From: Octopus sinensis
Lineage: Eukaryota
Assembly (NCBI RefSeq): GCF_006345805.1
Contig: NC_042998.1
Span: 143,592,001-143,656,000 of the forward strand
DNA: 64,000 bases
Direction: 5' to 3'
Below the pieces are notes generated by a model. It searched no databases, had not been told where the DNA came from, and saw only the letters and a program-made list of their open reading frames with translations. How positions within the stretch are numbered: position 1 is the first letter of the stretch; every line of letters begins with the position of its first letter. A program made the translations under genes and the position numbers. This document shows positions 24,335 through 37,952 of the stretch, piece by piece.

Positions 24335-25322
24335 CCTATAGTCATTATCTTATAATATTTGTGTGTATGTGTGTGTGTATGTGTGTGTGCATGTGTGTTT
24401 GTGTATCATTGTGTGTGTGTGTGAAAGAGAGAGGGAGAGAGGGGAGAGAGAGAGTGAACGTGTGAGTACTTATTTGTGTATGTGGTAATGTGAAACACTT
24501 TTCTTGAACTCACGATCCTTTATCGGATGGAAGGTTCTGAGGCTCATATCCCCTTTGCTGCTTTGTGTTTAGCTCCACATCTTGACTTTTATCGTAAATC
24601 TCTGTGATTGGCGAAACGGAATGAATGACAAAATTTAATTCCTGGTCCAATTAATGTTTTTTTTTATGTATTAAACATTCGATTATGTGAAGAAATTGTG
24701 TATTACTGTTGTGAGTCGATACCATTATCTCTGTACCATTTGTGCAGGTTTTAACAGTGTTCTAATGAAGTCATTTTCATGAAATGTTAAGTAAGACATA
24801 GTACTGCCTCCTTTTAACAGATGCTTTATTTATTTACGAAAAAGCGCAGTGTTCATGCCACTTATGTAACATCTGGTTTTTGATGCCAAAAACCCCCAAA
24901 AAACTTTACATTTCAACTTCACATTCTATTACATAAGACGTAGAAGTACTTTAGTCTTGCAGATTTAGTGAAACTCAGACAAAATCTGCTATTCGTTGCC
25001 AAGAACTTCAAATTTCATTTCTATATTCTATTTAGTGAGACAGAGCAGCGCCTCCTGGTAATAGATGTATAACTTACCTACAAGAAAGTGCAATGGTAAT
25101 GCTACTTATGTAACACATATTTTTAGATGCCAAAGACTTCCTATTTTCATTGAAAAACGGTATGTAGTACTGAAAAATTACGCTTAGCTTCTGATTGTTG
25201 GTTATAGATTTGCAGCGGCGATGCTTTTATGATACTCGATTAAGGAAAACTTATTTCTTAAAATTTTTCATTTCTATTCATAGCTTATGTTTTATACTTT
25301 GCCCGTAACTCTGAGTAATAAG

Positions 25323-25375
<53 letters not shown>

Positions 25376-25828
25376 ATATATATGTATGTATTATCTTTGA
25401 TTTTTTAATAATTTTTTAACTTAAAAAGTGTAATTTACTGTAACGTTATAAAAGGCTTCAACTTTGAAGAATATATCATTTAACATATTAATTAACCTAA
25501 CAACGTACCATCATAGTTATTGTTAATTAGATTCTGTGTATTTTTATGAGCTCAAACCTCTTAGCTTTTCCACTATTAAATTTCATCGCAGACTTAATAA
25601 TGTTTTCCTTGATGAAAGTTTTATATCTACGCAAACATTCACTGTCGACATTAATATATAATATCAGTTAGGATCCTTAATCATGTTTAATCATGTTTTA
25701 TGGAGTTTCTCTTGTGTTATTAGTTTCTATATTAATATCACAAAAATGTATTTTGTGTTATAATATTACATGGTTCTTGTTCGAAAGTTAATTGCAAGAG
25801 CTCTTTCAGCTCAATGTTTTAGCCCAAT

Positions 25829-25981
25829 GTTAGACCGTTGTCTACTGTTGCTAGACCGTTATTAGACCGTTGTTGGATCACTGTTAGATGAGAGCTAAAC
25901 CTTTGTTACATCGTTATTAGATCATTGTTAGACTGTTGTTAGACTATTATTGGACCACTGTTAGACCGTCGCTGGACCATT
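25829..25981 (+). repeat. 11-bp minisatellite (GTTAGACCGTT)n, about 13 degenerate units
   Basis: Direct reading. Confidence 0.85.
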
Positions 25982-26913
25982 TTGTAGCTTTTTACACTAT
26001 TTGTATATAGTCATGGACTGGCGATTCAGTTTGCCTCCAACTTGGTTCATGTACGTGGTGTTGATAAGCCACAAAAATGGCAAAACATCGATATCCATCG
26101 TTCCCGAATGCGATTCTGGGCGAGTTGTTTCACCTGTCTATGACTTCCAGATGTTTTAACATCCGACGCTTTTGATGGAGTCACTTTCACTGCGCTAAAT
26201 CACAGCCTACTTGCGAACAACCAAAGCATTTACATTGAATATGTGTGGTCAATAATGTGTATGTGTGTATGTGCGTGTGCATGTGTGTGTGTGTGTGTGC
26301 GTGTGTGTGCGTGTGTATCAAGTTATCAAATTCCTCTATAAAATAGAATACCAAAGTTGGTCATGTGGCTCTTTCATATGATTATATCATGTGATCCTAT
26401 TATGTGATTCTTTCACAAAATTTTAAATGAAGGATCTTTTAAATATTTAAGGATCAAAAGAATCGATGAGAACATGCATCATGCATGTATATTTGTGTAC
26501 ACGGAAGTGCATAGGGTGCATTTACACGTGTAAGAAAGACAGAGGTGCAAGAAGAGGAGGAAGAGGAGGAGGAGGAAGCAGAAAGGAAAGGAGCAGATAA
26601 AGTAGATGAGGGCTTAAGTGTTTCAGAGAATAAGTGTATATGTAGTATATATATGTATGTGCGTATGCGTGTATAATGGAATAAATTCAAGAGAGAATGC
26701 ATTCAATTATAGATAGGTAAGAATATTTCAATAGACTGATATTATAGAATGCACCGTTTAGCACTTATTCACTGTTTGTTAGAATTAAATTCGTTAACTC
26801 GTCGCTAAAAAGAAAAAAAAAAGAGCAAAATACATTCTCCAATCAAATTTAAGTGTGCATGTATATAGCATGCATATGGTGTACACATCCACACGGATAC
26901 ACAGGCATATATA

Positions 26914-26964
<51 letters not shown>

Positions 26965-26985
26965 ATATATTATATATATATATAT

Positions 26986-27020
<35 letters not shown>

Positions 27021-27029
27021 CTTACATAT

Positions 27030-27062
<33 letters not shown>

Positions 27063-27143
27063 TAATATATATATATATATATATATACATAAATATATAT
27101 ATATATATAATATATATATATATAGTGTGTGTGTATATATATG

Positions 27144-27182
<39 letters not shown>

Positions 27183-27246
27183 CTTTATATATACATATAT
27201 ATGTATATGTACATATATATGTGTATGTATATATATATATATATAT

Positions 27247-27365
<119 letters not shown>

Positions 27366-27869
27366 TGTCTGTGTATATGTGCATATATATATATATATAT
27401 ATATATTGTATAATATATCTATTATAATATAAAACATAGATAAACAGACAGACAGGCAGGCAGGCAGGTAGGCAGGTAGGTAGGTAGGTAGGCAGGGAGA
27501 TGAGAAGTCAATCGTTCGATTTATTAAATTTCGTATTCGTTCAATTACTTTGCGAGTAAGTGACTGAATACTCCGCAGACACGTGTAGTTTCCGTCTTTT
27601 CAATTTAATTCACAATATATGAGTCGAACAAGTTCTATACTAGAAAACAGTTGCCCAAGATGCAAAGTTGCCCCCAGTAAGAAAGAGGAAATTCCAGTCT
27701 GCCAACATTTAGTGGGAGAAAGAATTCGCCATAAAGGTGAGGATGCGTACTATGTCTGAAAGATGGATATCACATCGGTGAAAAGAGTCGGAAAGACGAG
27801 TGAGTAATGAACGCTTAAGTGAATGCAAACCAAAATTAATCAGAATTTGGAGTGTGGCTGTGACTTTGT

Positions 27870-29055
27870 GCCAAAGGTTGTGGATGTTATGAAGGACGTT
27901 GTGATGGGGTATAAAGATGGTGGTGGTAATTGTAGTGGTGGTGGTGGTGGAGGTCGTGAGGGTGATGATTGCGATGATGGTGGTAATAGTGGCGTTGTTG
28001 TTGTTGGTGGTGGTGATAAAATTCTTGGTAATAGAGTTAATGATGGTGGTAATGGCTGTGCTAATGGTGGTGCGGTGATGGTGGTGGCAGTGTTGGTTGC
28101 AATGGTGATGACTTTGGTGGTAGTACTGGTGATGATGATCAGTTTAAAAACAGGGGTAGTCATGGATGGAGTGATTTTGACCATATATCTGTATGATCTA
28201 GAACTAAATAACAACAACAGCAACACCGTCACTATATAGCGTCAAGCGTCAGCCCTGCCTCACAATATCGTTACCAGGGACACCATCTCCACTACTGCCA
28301 TCACAACTACCACCACCGAATCCACTACCATTAACATTACCAGCACCAATACCACCACCTACACCACCACCACCACTAACAATACAACAACAAAACTGTC
28401 TTTACCGACCCTATCACCAGCAACACTACCACCACCATTACCACAACCAATACTACCTCCACCATCAACACCACGCAAAACCTCCATCATACCAACTCTC
28501 GAGAAACTATACCTACCATCAAGTAACATCAATATGAGGCCATGAACACTGTCAACAACACTAACACCACCACCATCTTTCGCCATTGTCAACATTATTA
28601 CAACCACCACCATTGCAACTACCACCACCACCACCACCACCACTAGTAATACCACTATCATTATCATCATCCCTACACCACCATCATTACCACCACTACC
28701 ACTACAACCAGCAACACCACTACCACCACCACTACCGCCATCACTACCACCACCATCACCACCTCCATCATCACCATCAATACCGCTGTCATCATTACAC
28801 CACTGCCCCCACCATCATCGTCATCATCACCACCACCACCATCAACCCTACCAGCAATCCCACCATCATCACTACTACTATCACCCTCACCACCATCAGC
28901 ACTACCACAACCACCATGATCATCACTATCACTACTACCACCATCACAACCGGCACCAACTAACAAGCCCACCATCATCACCACGACCATCACAATCACC
29001 ACCACCACCACCACCACCACCACCACCACCGCCACCATCACCACCACCACCACCA
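27870..29055. repeat. Degenerate trinucleotide low-complexity region (GGT/GAT-rich, then CAC/CAT-rich)
   Basis: Direct reading; the ORFs here are homopolymeric artefacts. Confidence 0.85.
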
Positions 29056-29869
29056 ATATAATCATTATAATGACGCTGATAATAAAAGGTGGTGGTTAGA
29101 AGTTTACAGAGTCTGCTGGTTGTTTTTTTTTTACCTTCCATTATGATATATTTTCTGCTAATTATCCCAATATTGGTAAGCATTCCTCAATTATAACTCG
29201 TCATCATCTTCATGTATGTCATCCTCCCACCGCCTCTCACAATTTGCCTCTTCCCTCTCCTCTACCCACTTCCATTCGTGTTTGTTTATCACAATTTTAT
29301 GACATTACACAATTTTTATAAACTTTATTCGTTTTTTTGTCTTTTTTATTTATTTTGTAGCTTTTTACTGTTTTTGTTCATCATATGAGTGTGTGTGTGT
29401 GCGTGTGCATGTGTGTGTTATGTGTGTGTAGGTTTGTGTGTATGTATGTATACATATATATTTACATACACACACATATACATGTATATGTATATATATA
29501 TATATCAGTATATACATATATATATACATGTGTGTATGTTTGTGTATGTTTGTGCATGTGTCTATATATACATGTGTGTGCGCGTGCATGTGAGTGTATG
29601 TATGTATGCATGCATGTAAGTATGTATGTATGTATCTATGTATATGCCTGTATGCATATTCTGTTTATATTTTTCGAATATCTCATCAATAGGAAAAGAA
29701 CCGATTCCTAACCAAGAAGCAATTTGGAATTTACACAGCACCAAGGCAATTGCAAGACATAAAAGCAGGCACGTCTCCATATATGCACGTATGTATTATT
29801 GCAGTTAAGGGGAAGGATTATGGGTCCGTTGTTCTGCGGGTTTATGGTATCTGTAGTTTGGGAAATTAA

Positions 29870-30012
29870 GGTGGCTGTTCCCTTGGGAAAGTGCCTTCTA
29901 CTATGCTCTCGGGCCAACCAAATCCTTGTGAGTGGATTCGGTAGATAGAAACTGAAAGAAACCCTCCTATATATGTGTGTGTGTTTGTCCCCCACCATCG
30001 CTTGACAACTGG
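29870..30012 (+). mobile_element. SINE middle fragment
   Basis: ccttgggaaagtgccttctactat...gaaactgaaagaa...catcgcttgacaac, same family as 4519-4765. Confidence 0.75.
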
Positions 30013-31165
30013 AATCTACTTGGTTTTTGTCTATCTAGGCTGTTATCCAATTAGTCCTTAATGCTTGATCTTGTGCTGCTATTAACAAACTTTCTGTCTC
30101 CCTTTTTCGCCTTATTTTCTGCTACCATAACCATGTCTCACAACTACTATTTGCTGAGACTATCTGCGGGAATCTACCATGCAACCCTCTCTTCTACCAG
30201 TCAGATAACTTCTGGCTTTTAAGTCCGTTTGAGTTTTTGGTTTCCCTGCGGCTTTCCATGACTCTGGAATCTTTTAATAACCTTTCTTCACTATTACCTA
30301 CATAAGAGTCTATATCTACTCTAGCTAACTCCACGCAGTCTTCTACTGATGTTGACCCTCTTCTACCGTCCTTTTTAGCTAAATATAATCTTGCTACTCC
30401 TACGCTTGGGTGAAGTCCTCCATTCATATTGGATTCCTTCCCAGTCCTTCTCTCTAGCTTTGCTAATTCAGCTCTTGTCCAATCTATAAAAGCTGCTGAG
30501 TGTCTAAGTAATGATATTCCTAAGTATTTACAGCCTTCACTAGATTCGGACCATTTAGCTTTGACTTCACTAGCTTTCTCAGCCTTCTGATGTACTCCTC
30601 AATTTTCGCTTCCATTTCTATAGTTAGTACTCTGTCAGATTCTAATGCTCCCAGATACTTGTAACTCTCTCCTCCTATCAATGATTATAATGTCTGTCCA
30701 TCTGGTACTTGGATGCCTTCGTACTTGACTACCTGTCCCCTTCTCATGACTAATACTGCACACTTATCTTTGCCAAATTCCATGCCTGTATCTTTGCTGA
30801 AAAGTCTTACAGCCTGTATTAAGGAATCTATCTCTTTTCCATTCATACTAAAAAGTTTTAGATCATCCATATAGAGCAAATGGTTAATTTTTCCCTTACT
30901 ATTTCTAAATTGATACCTTGACTTTGCCTTCCTTAATACTAAGCTGAGGAGGTGGGGTCGAATACAAGATAAATATTAGAAGGGACAACAAGTCCCCCTG
31001 GAAAATTCATCACAAGAGCTGAATTAACTTTCCCTGACAGTGTGTCACCATCATTTCTTCGTGCTACAGCTAATGAATACTCTTATGTTGTCTACTAAAC
31101 TGAATATACTCAAACATTCACTTATCCATGAGTATAGGATCATGTCATATGCTTTCTTATAATCT
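30013..31165 (-). mobile_element. R4/Dong-clade LINE RT fragment
   Basis: DYKKAYDM, NHLLYMDDLKLF, GMEFGKDKCAVL, GGLHP..RLYL, ETESLLIAAQDQAL. Confidence 0.85.
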
Positions 31166-32800
31166 GGTGCTATGTCTTTTCATCCGACGTCACTTCGTCA
31201 AACGTTTTTTTAGTCTACGTCTTATGGTTCGACGTCTTTTTGCCCGATGGTCTTTTTTGTTCAATGACTTTTTGTTCAGTTTCAAAAAACCTCTTTAGGA
31301 AACAAAGTGAAATATCTCTAATGATATATTCACAGAACAATAACGAGCCTCGTTACACGATTGTCATTATCGTTCTTTTTCCTTCTCTGTTAACAGTTTT
31401 ACTGTCTCTTTTTCCTTCTCTCTCTTAAGTACGGTGCTGTGTATAGAGAGTGCTGCAAATTTAGTGTACGCATTTGTAATTTACCCATCCCGATACATCT
31501 ACGATTTTCATTCAAGCAATACAAAACTAGGAAGAGAATACTGGAGATGTGAGAAAAGATGTGTTCAGTACGAATTCACACGGTAACAGAAAACAATGAG
31601 CCGAAACCTATTTATTTTTCTAGTGAGCACCTTCATCCAGCTGATGTAGATTCGTTAAATGCTGAAAAATCAGTTGCAGAAATAAAGCATGAAGTGGTGG
31701 AAAACTTAGCAGTAAGTTCGCATAGTAAGTTACGCAGCTAACAGAAAATACTTGCTCTCAACTTCCTCGTTTATACTTTCAAAGACTATTCAAAGGTACC
31801 GACAAAAAATTCTGAATTTCCCGCTGATCCAGGGGCTAGAACTAGTTTTGAAATACTTGTAAAATATTGTAAAATATGGTAATGGCGAACAGTTTCCAAG
31901 ATACGATTCGGGTATCGAGGATCAACAGCGCATACTAGTATTTGCATTAGAAAGTGCTCTTCAGGATATAGCATCATATCGTCAATGGGCATGTAATGGA
32001 ACGTTCAAAATTGTATCAGAACAGTTGTTTCAACTGTCCAGCATTCATGTACAAGTTAGTTTTCCACAGGTCTTTGTATTACAGCCGAATAAAACAAAGC
32101 AGACATACGAATTATTTTTCAAGCAACTGAAAATTATGCAACCTAATGCATATCCGCTTGAACTCATGGAAGATTTTGAAGTTGCAGTTCATAAGGCATT
32201 TAATTCATCATACCCTAATTCATCTATCGTGGCATGTTTGTTTCATTTGAGCCAATCATTATTTCGAAAAATTACAGATTTAGGCCACAAAGAAAAATAT
32301 AATAATGACTCTGTATTCTGTCTTAAAAATTCGATGTTTTTCAGCATTAGCCTTCCTGCTCGTTCAAGATGTCGAAGAGGTGTATGAAGAATTAATAGAC
32401 GATGAAAAAATACCTGCTGAATTCATCGCTTACTTCGACTTGACTTACATAGATGTTGTGAGAAGACGTGGTGCTAGACGAAGGAAAGAACCACCTACAT
32501 TCCCGATAGCTGTATGGAATGTTAATCAGCGTATTCTTCAAGATCTTCCCATAAAAAATAATGCTGAGGAGGGGTTTCATTCTGCGGGTAGAGCACATTT
32601 GAATATTTGGAAATTAATCAAAACTCTGAAGGAAGATAAAATGACTCAAATTCTTGGAGGAGATCCGTCAAATTCATGTACATGATATAGAAGAATAACT
32701 GAATACCTCAAAAGATTGGTCATTGAATATGGGTCAACAAGAAAAATTGATTTTTTAAAGAGTGCGGCATATAATTTGCATCAATTTTAAGTGATAATAA
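31166..32800 (+). mobile_element. Decayed Mutator (MULE) element with FLYWCH domain (Phantom-like)
   Basis: YIYDFHS..EYWRCEK..C..RIHT...EHLH (FLYWCH); GTFKIV, DFEVAVHKAF, CLFHLSQSL, TNN-like KNNAEEGFH; repeated subterminal motif at 31170-31285. Confidence 0.85.
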
Positions 32801-32926
32801 TAAATCATTAGTTATATCTTATTACTTTTTTAAAATGACTTTTTTAAAATATATTTTTCCACAATATTTGACTTGAATCCTATCAGTAAAATTCTCAATG
32901 ATTATTTAATTTTATTATTATTATTA

Positions 32927-33007
<81 letters not shown>

Positions 33008-33019
33008 CATTATTATTAT

Positions 33020-33463
33020 CTTCTCTTTGGCAGAGCCCTCATCGACTTTTTCGAGTTTCACTTGGAAAGGAAAGTGCGGGTGGAGAGGAAGGTGCTGTCG
33101 TCAAGTGAATTTATCGAAAGGTGGGTGAAAGTTGCGAAAATGACAAAAGTGGATGATACCGCTTTAAGTATAGATCTGTGAGTTGAAGAACAGGAACTGC
33201 AGAGAGTATCTGCCCTTGGTGTTCAGGGAGATCTTGGACAGTGGGTTTCCTCGAGTATTTTTATCATTACTCATCCCTTTCATTTTATTTGTACTATTGT
33301 ATACTTTGCATGCTTCCCTTTTCTGTCTTATTGTAATATATTGTGTATACGTTCTATACATTTTATATATATATATTTCTCTCTCGTATCATTATATGTA
33401 AAAACTCCACACTTGATGTCTGTCTCTGTATTGTCCCCCTCATACTTCGCCCTGGTGGCAAAT

Positions 33464-33467
<4 letters not shown>
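33020..33467 (+). mobile_element. L1/Tx1-type LINE 3' end with AATAAA and (ATC)n tail
   Basis: FFEFHLERKVRVERKVLSSSEFIERWVKVA, stop at 33181; AATAAA at 33461-33466 followed by (ATC)n(ATT)n. Confidence 0.65.
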
Positions 33468-33540
<73 letters not shown>

Positions 33541-33543
<3 letters not shown>

Positions 33544-33650
33544 CGACCCCAGTGCGTAAATAAGTACCCGTTGCGCACTGTGATCGATGTAATTGACTAG
33601 CCCCCTTCCCCGAAATGTTTCAGGCCTTGAGCCTATTGCAAAAAGGATTG
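33541..33650 (+). mobile_element. SINE 3' fragment (third family)
   Basis: aaataagtacccgttgcgcactgtgatcgatgtaattgact...ggccttg. Confidence 0.6.
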
Positions 33651-33739
33651 TTACTATTAATATCATTTATTTTTCTGAATTCTATTTTCGTATCGTTGGT
33701 TGTATTTTTTGTTTTGGGCTCCTGTGGCCAATAAAAGAA

Positions 33740-33800
33740 ATCATAACTACTACTACTGCTACTGCCGCTGCTGCTGCCCCTGCTGCAGCTGATGCTGCTG

Positions 33801-33868
<68 letters not shown>

Positions 33869-33946
33869 GTTGCAGCTGCTATTGATGCTGATACTACTAC
33901 TACTACCACCAAAGCCACCACCACCACCACCACCACCACCACCACC

Positions 33947-33991
<45 letters not shown>

Positions 33992-34050
33992 GTTGCTGCT
34001 GTTCCTGTTGTTATTACTGTCATCGTCATCATCTTCATCATCACTGGTAT
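33740..34050. repeat. (CTA)n/(CAC)n/(CTG)n compound microsatellite
   Basis: Direct reading. Confidence 0.9.
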
Positions 34051-34735
34051 TGTTAGATTCACCATAGTAAGACAAGTCCTGTTTGACTTTAAAATATGTT
34101 ATAATCGTGTTTATTATTGTTTTTGTTCAATGAATGAATTAGAGGGGAAATACTATACATAAACATTCCACACAGCCACCACCATCATTCAGGGAAAGCT
34201 GTTTCGTGATGATACGTTTCGTTATATCTTATTGTTATCTATTGCCAACTTTTATCTGTTATTTGTTATTAATTCTACCATGAATGCAGAAATACTCGCT
34301 CTTCAATATGGCTGCAGTAATGACGGTTGCAAGACAGAAGCCTTTCTGTTTGTTTTTTGTTTGTTTTTGTTTTTGGCTTCATCAATCCCTGTTACCGCTG
34401 CTCGTGGGTCTGCTAGATTTTATTTATTTATTTATTTGTTCGTTTGCTTGTTTGTTGCTTTAGACCGACGGCTTGGCAGTTTGTTTCTGAGGAATGAGGA
34501 ACGAGTAACAATAGAAACAGTCGGGTTTCTCTACTGTATTTGATTCTTTTCGTTGTCTTTGTGTTGTCATTCTTATTTGCTTCCGTTCATGTGTTGATTG
34601 TTGAAAGAGGGGAGCGAATGCAGGAAAACCTTTTATGTGTAGGAACAATTGTCCAGATGGTAACGATAATTCCATAGTTAACGTACAGGAACACCCACCA
34701 CCACCACCACAACAACAACAACAACAACAACAGCA

Positions 34736-34788
<53 letters not shown>

Positions 34789-35018
34789 ATTTATGTAAAT
34801 GATGACAGTAAGAATAAAACCGATAACAATACGAATGTAGATTCATGTGATAGTAACTACAACGACAAAGATAATACTAATACTAATACTACTACTGGTA
34901 ATAAAAATAACAGAGATAATACTAATGCTAATATTACTACTAATAGTAATAACAAAAGCAAAAGAGAAATGATCGTTACAACAAAAGCGAAAGTGTATTT
35001 TTACGGTCTGTCTGTATA

Positions 35019-35570
35019 GGTGCAGGCATGGCTGTATGGTTAAGAAGCTTGCTTGGCAACCATGTGGTTTCGAGTTCTGTCCCACTTTGCTGCACCTCTT
35101 CCATTACTGCCCTAGGCCAACAAATGCTTTGTAAGTGAATTTACTATACGGAAACTACACGGAAGCCAGTCGCAAATATATATATATATATATACATATA
35201 TATAGGATAAATGTAAAAAAACACAAACTGGGACAAGAACGCAAAACATTTAGAAGACGATACAAAAAAACGGACGGGACATTCGAAGCCTTCGATCTTC
35301 AGTCAAAAACCGGATCATCTTCGCAATTTCGGCTGATATACATAAATGTTTGTGTGTGTGTCTGAGTGTTTGTGTCCGTGCCACTACTGCTTGACAACCA
35401 GTGTCGCTTTGCTTACATTCCCGTAAATTAGTGGTTTGGCAAAAGAGAACCGATTAAATAAGAACCAGGCTTTAAAAAGTAAGTTCTGGGGTCGAATTGT
35501 TCAACCAAACCTTTCAAGGTGGTGCCCTAGCCTAACCGCAGTTCAATGATTGGAACAAGCAAAAGATTAA
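35019..35570 (+). mobile_element. SINE (family of 4519-4765) with a nested ~130-bp insertion at 35205-35335 in its internal (TA)n
   Basis: Head ggcatggctgtatggttaagaagcttgctt; tail gttcaatgattggaacaagcaaaaga; unrelated block in between. Confidence 0.75.
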
Positions 35571-35887
35571 GGATGTTTCCATTTCAGTATGTGTGTGCGC
35601 GTGCGTGCGTGTGTGTGCGTGCGTGCGTGTGTGCGCGCGCGCGCGCGTGAAACTCTAAAGAAGATATGTCGATACATAAGCAATGGGTGGAGGAAATTTA
35701 TTACTCTCTAAAGAATAACAGACTGGAACAGAGAAAAACAAAACAATTATATTTAAATACTTCAATAAGAAAATTGATTTGAAAACATACATTGAGGAAA
35801 TCTTGGAGAAATAATTTTTATAATTTTTGGAAAATATTAGACGATACAAATTCTACGGGGAAACATTGCAATCTGCAATGTCTATCA

Positions 35888-35928
<41 letters not shown>

Positions 35929-35990
35929 CTATCTATCTATCTATCTACTATCTATCTATCTATCTACTATCTATCTATCTAGCTAGCTAG

Positions 35991-36085
<95 letters not shown>

Positions 36086-36214
36086 TTTATTAATAATATA
36101 AGGGTAAATGATTATTAATTATAAAACCAACAATTATTTCCGGGTAGATTTCGGTATGGAAATATAACCATTATCGGTAGGAACTTAAAAAAAAAGTTAC
36201 ATATATATATATAT

Positions 36215-36525
36215 AAGGGCAAGCAACAGGTTGCTTAGCCACATACCGAAAAATTAGAAATAGCAGTCAAAGACCGCTTATTTCTATTTTCTACAAATAT
36301 AACTCCATATACAACATATACATGTGACTCACATATGTAAAACAGAAGGAAAAAAATAACGAAAACAGTCTTTGGTTAGTTACGGATGCGTTTCCTTCTG
36401 TTTTACATATGTGAGTCACATGTATATGTCGTATATGGAGTTATATTTGTAGAAAATAGAAATAAGCGGTCTTTGACTGCTGTCTCTAATTTTTCGGTAT
36501 GTGCCTAAGCAACCTGTTGCTTGCC

Positions 36526-36528
<3 letters not shown>
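36215..36528. repeat. Long fold-back element: 138-bp inverted arms with a 38-bp loop, set in (TA)n
   Basis: Arms 36215-36352 and 36391-36528; about 4 mismatches counted by eye. Confidence 0.9.
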
Positions 36529-36568
<40 letters not shown>

Positions 36569-36817
36569 CGAAACACGCTAGAGTTGAACTAGGGACAGCT
36601 GATGAAGGGGATTTTTCCTGGTGTAGTTTGTCTTGTACTCTGTTTTTTTCGTTTAGGTCCGTTTCCACGTTTGTTTTTACGTTTTCGTTTCTCGTTGAGT
36701 TCTACGTCTATTTGTGGTGTCCTGTACTTACGTATATATATTTATATATGCATGTATATATACATGTAGATGTAGGTACGTACATATTTGTATGTATGCA
36801 TATATTTATTTATTACG

Positions 36818-36905
<88 letters not shown>

Positions 36906-36907
<2 letters not shown>

Positions 36908-37932
36908 ATAATGAAATGAATGTATACAGTGCTCAGGTGCACCACAACTTGTCAAAAAGTGCGTATAAAGTATATGCAGTAATGTATGAATGTCTGGAAA
37001 GCGAACAGTGTATGAGTCAGATACATACTTGCGTGTATATAGAGGGGAGAAAATCAGGTGTAGTGTTGGCGAATCTCAGGAAGCATGGAAGTTTTGAAGG
37101 ATGCAGTGCTCCGACAACTAACAACTGATACTGGCAGTCTGTTCCATGCTTCAGCAACAAAAAATGTTTCTGAAAGTCATGGGAGCTGTGCTGTTTTCTG
37201 TCTTTGTAAACATGTCCACAGGTGTTAGACAGATGGAGTTTGAAAAGGTGCTCAGAGTTATTGTTTGTAAGATGGTTAATAATTTTATGGGTGTCTGCCA
37301 AGTCAGCTGCCAGACGTCGGAGTTTCAATGTCTCCATGCCCAGGGAAGTAAGGCATTCAGAATATGGCAGATGCCTGATGGAGGGAATTCTCTTGGTTGC
37401 ACGTCGCTAAACGGCTTCCAGACGATTAATATCCTGGGCAAGATAGGGGTTCCAGATCGGTGATGCAAATTCCAGGTGAGGTCGTACCATAGCTATATAA
37501 AACCGCAGATAGATAGCCGGAGAGCGGCTCACAAAGGACTTGGTGAGTGATGCCAAGACACCCTCAGCCTTCTTGGCAATTTTAGCGATGTGTTTTGTCC
37601 AACGCAAATCGCTGTCGACAATAACGCCCAGGTCACGTTCACATGAAGACTTTTTGAGATTAGTGTTGTGGAGGGAGTAAGTAGACGCTGGGTTTTTCCT
37701 CCCAAAATGCATGGTGGTACATTTGTCCACACTCAGCTTGAGTTGCCAGTCCATGATCCACTGCTGCATTGTGTCCAGGTCTGATTGCAATAGAGATCTA
37801 TAGTGTACAGGATCTGACCTCTTTATTTCGAGGTACAGCTTGATGTCATCTGCATATTTCAGCACTGTGGCATTCTTTAAGTTGGCATCTATGTCATTAA
37901 TATATGCAACAAATAAAAGGGGGCCAAGAATG
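36906..37932 (-). mobile_element. CR1-type LINE 3' end (5'-truncated)
   Basis: LGPLLFVAYIND, KYADDIKLY, ERDLGVIVD, VRPHLEFASPIWNPY, TLKLRRL..DL; 3'UTR runs to (TA)n. Confidence 0.9.
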
Positions 37933-37952
37933 TATATATATATATATATATA

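Noticed and set aside
27630-27745. Possible exon SCPRCK...RIRHK with a gtgagg donor
   Set aside because: Weak acceptor and no recognisable family.
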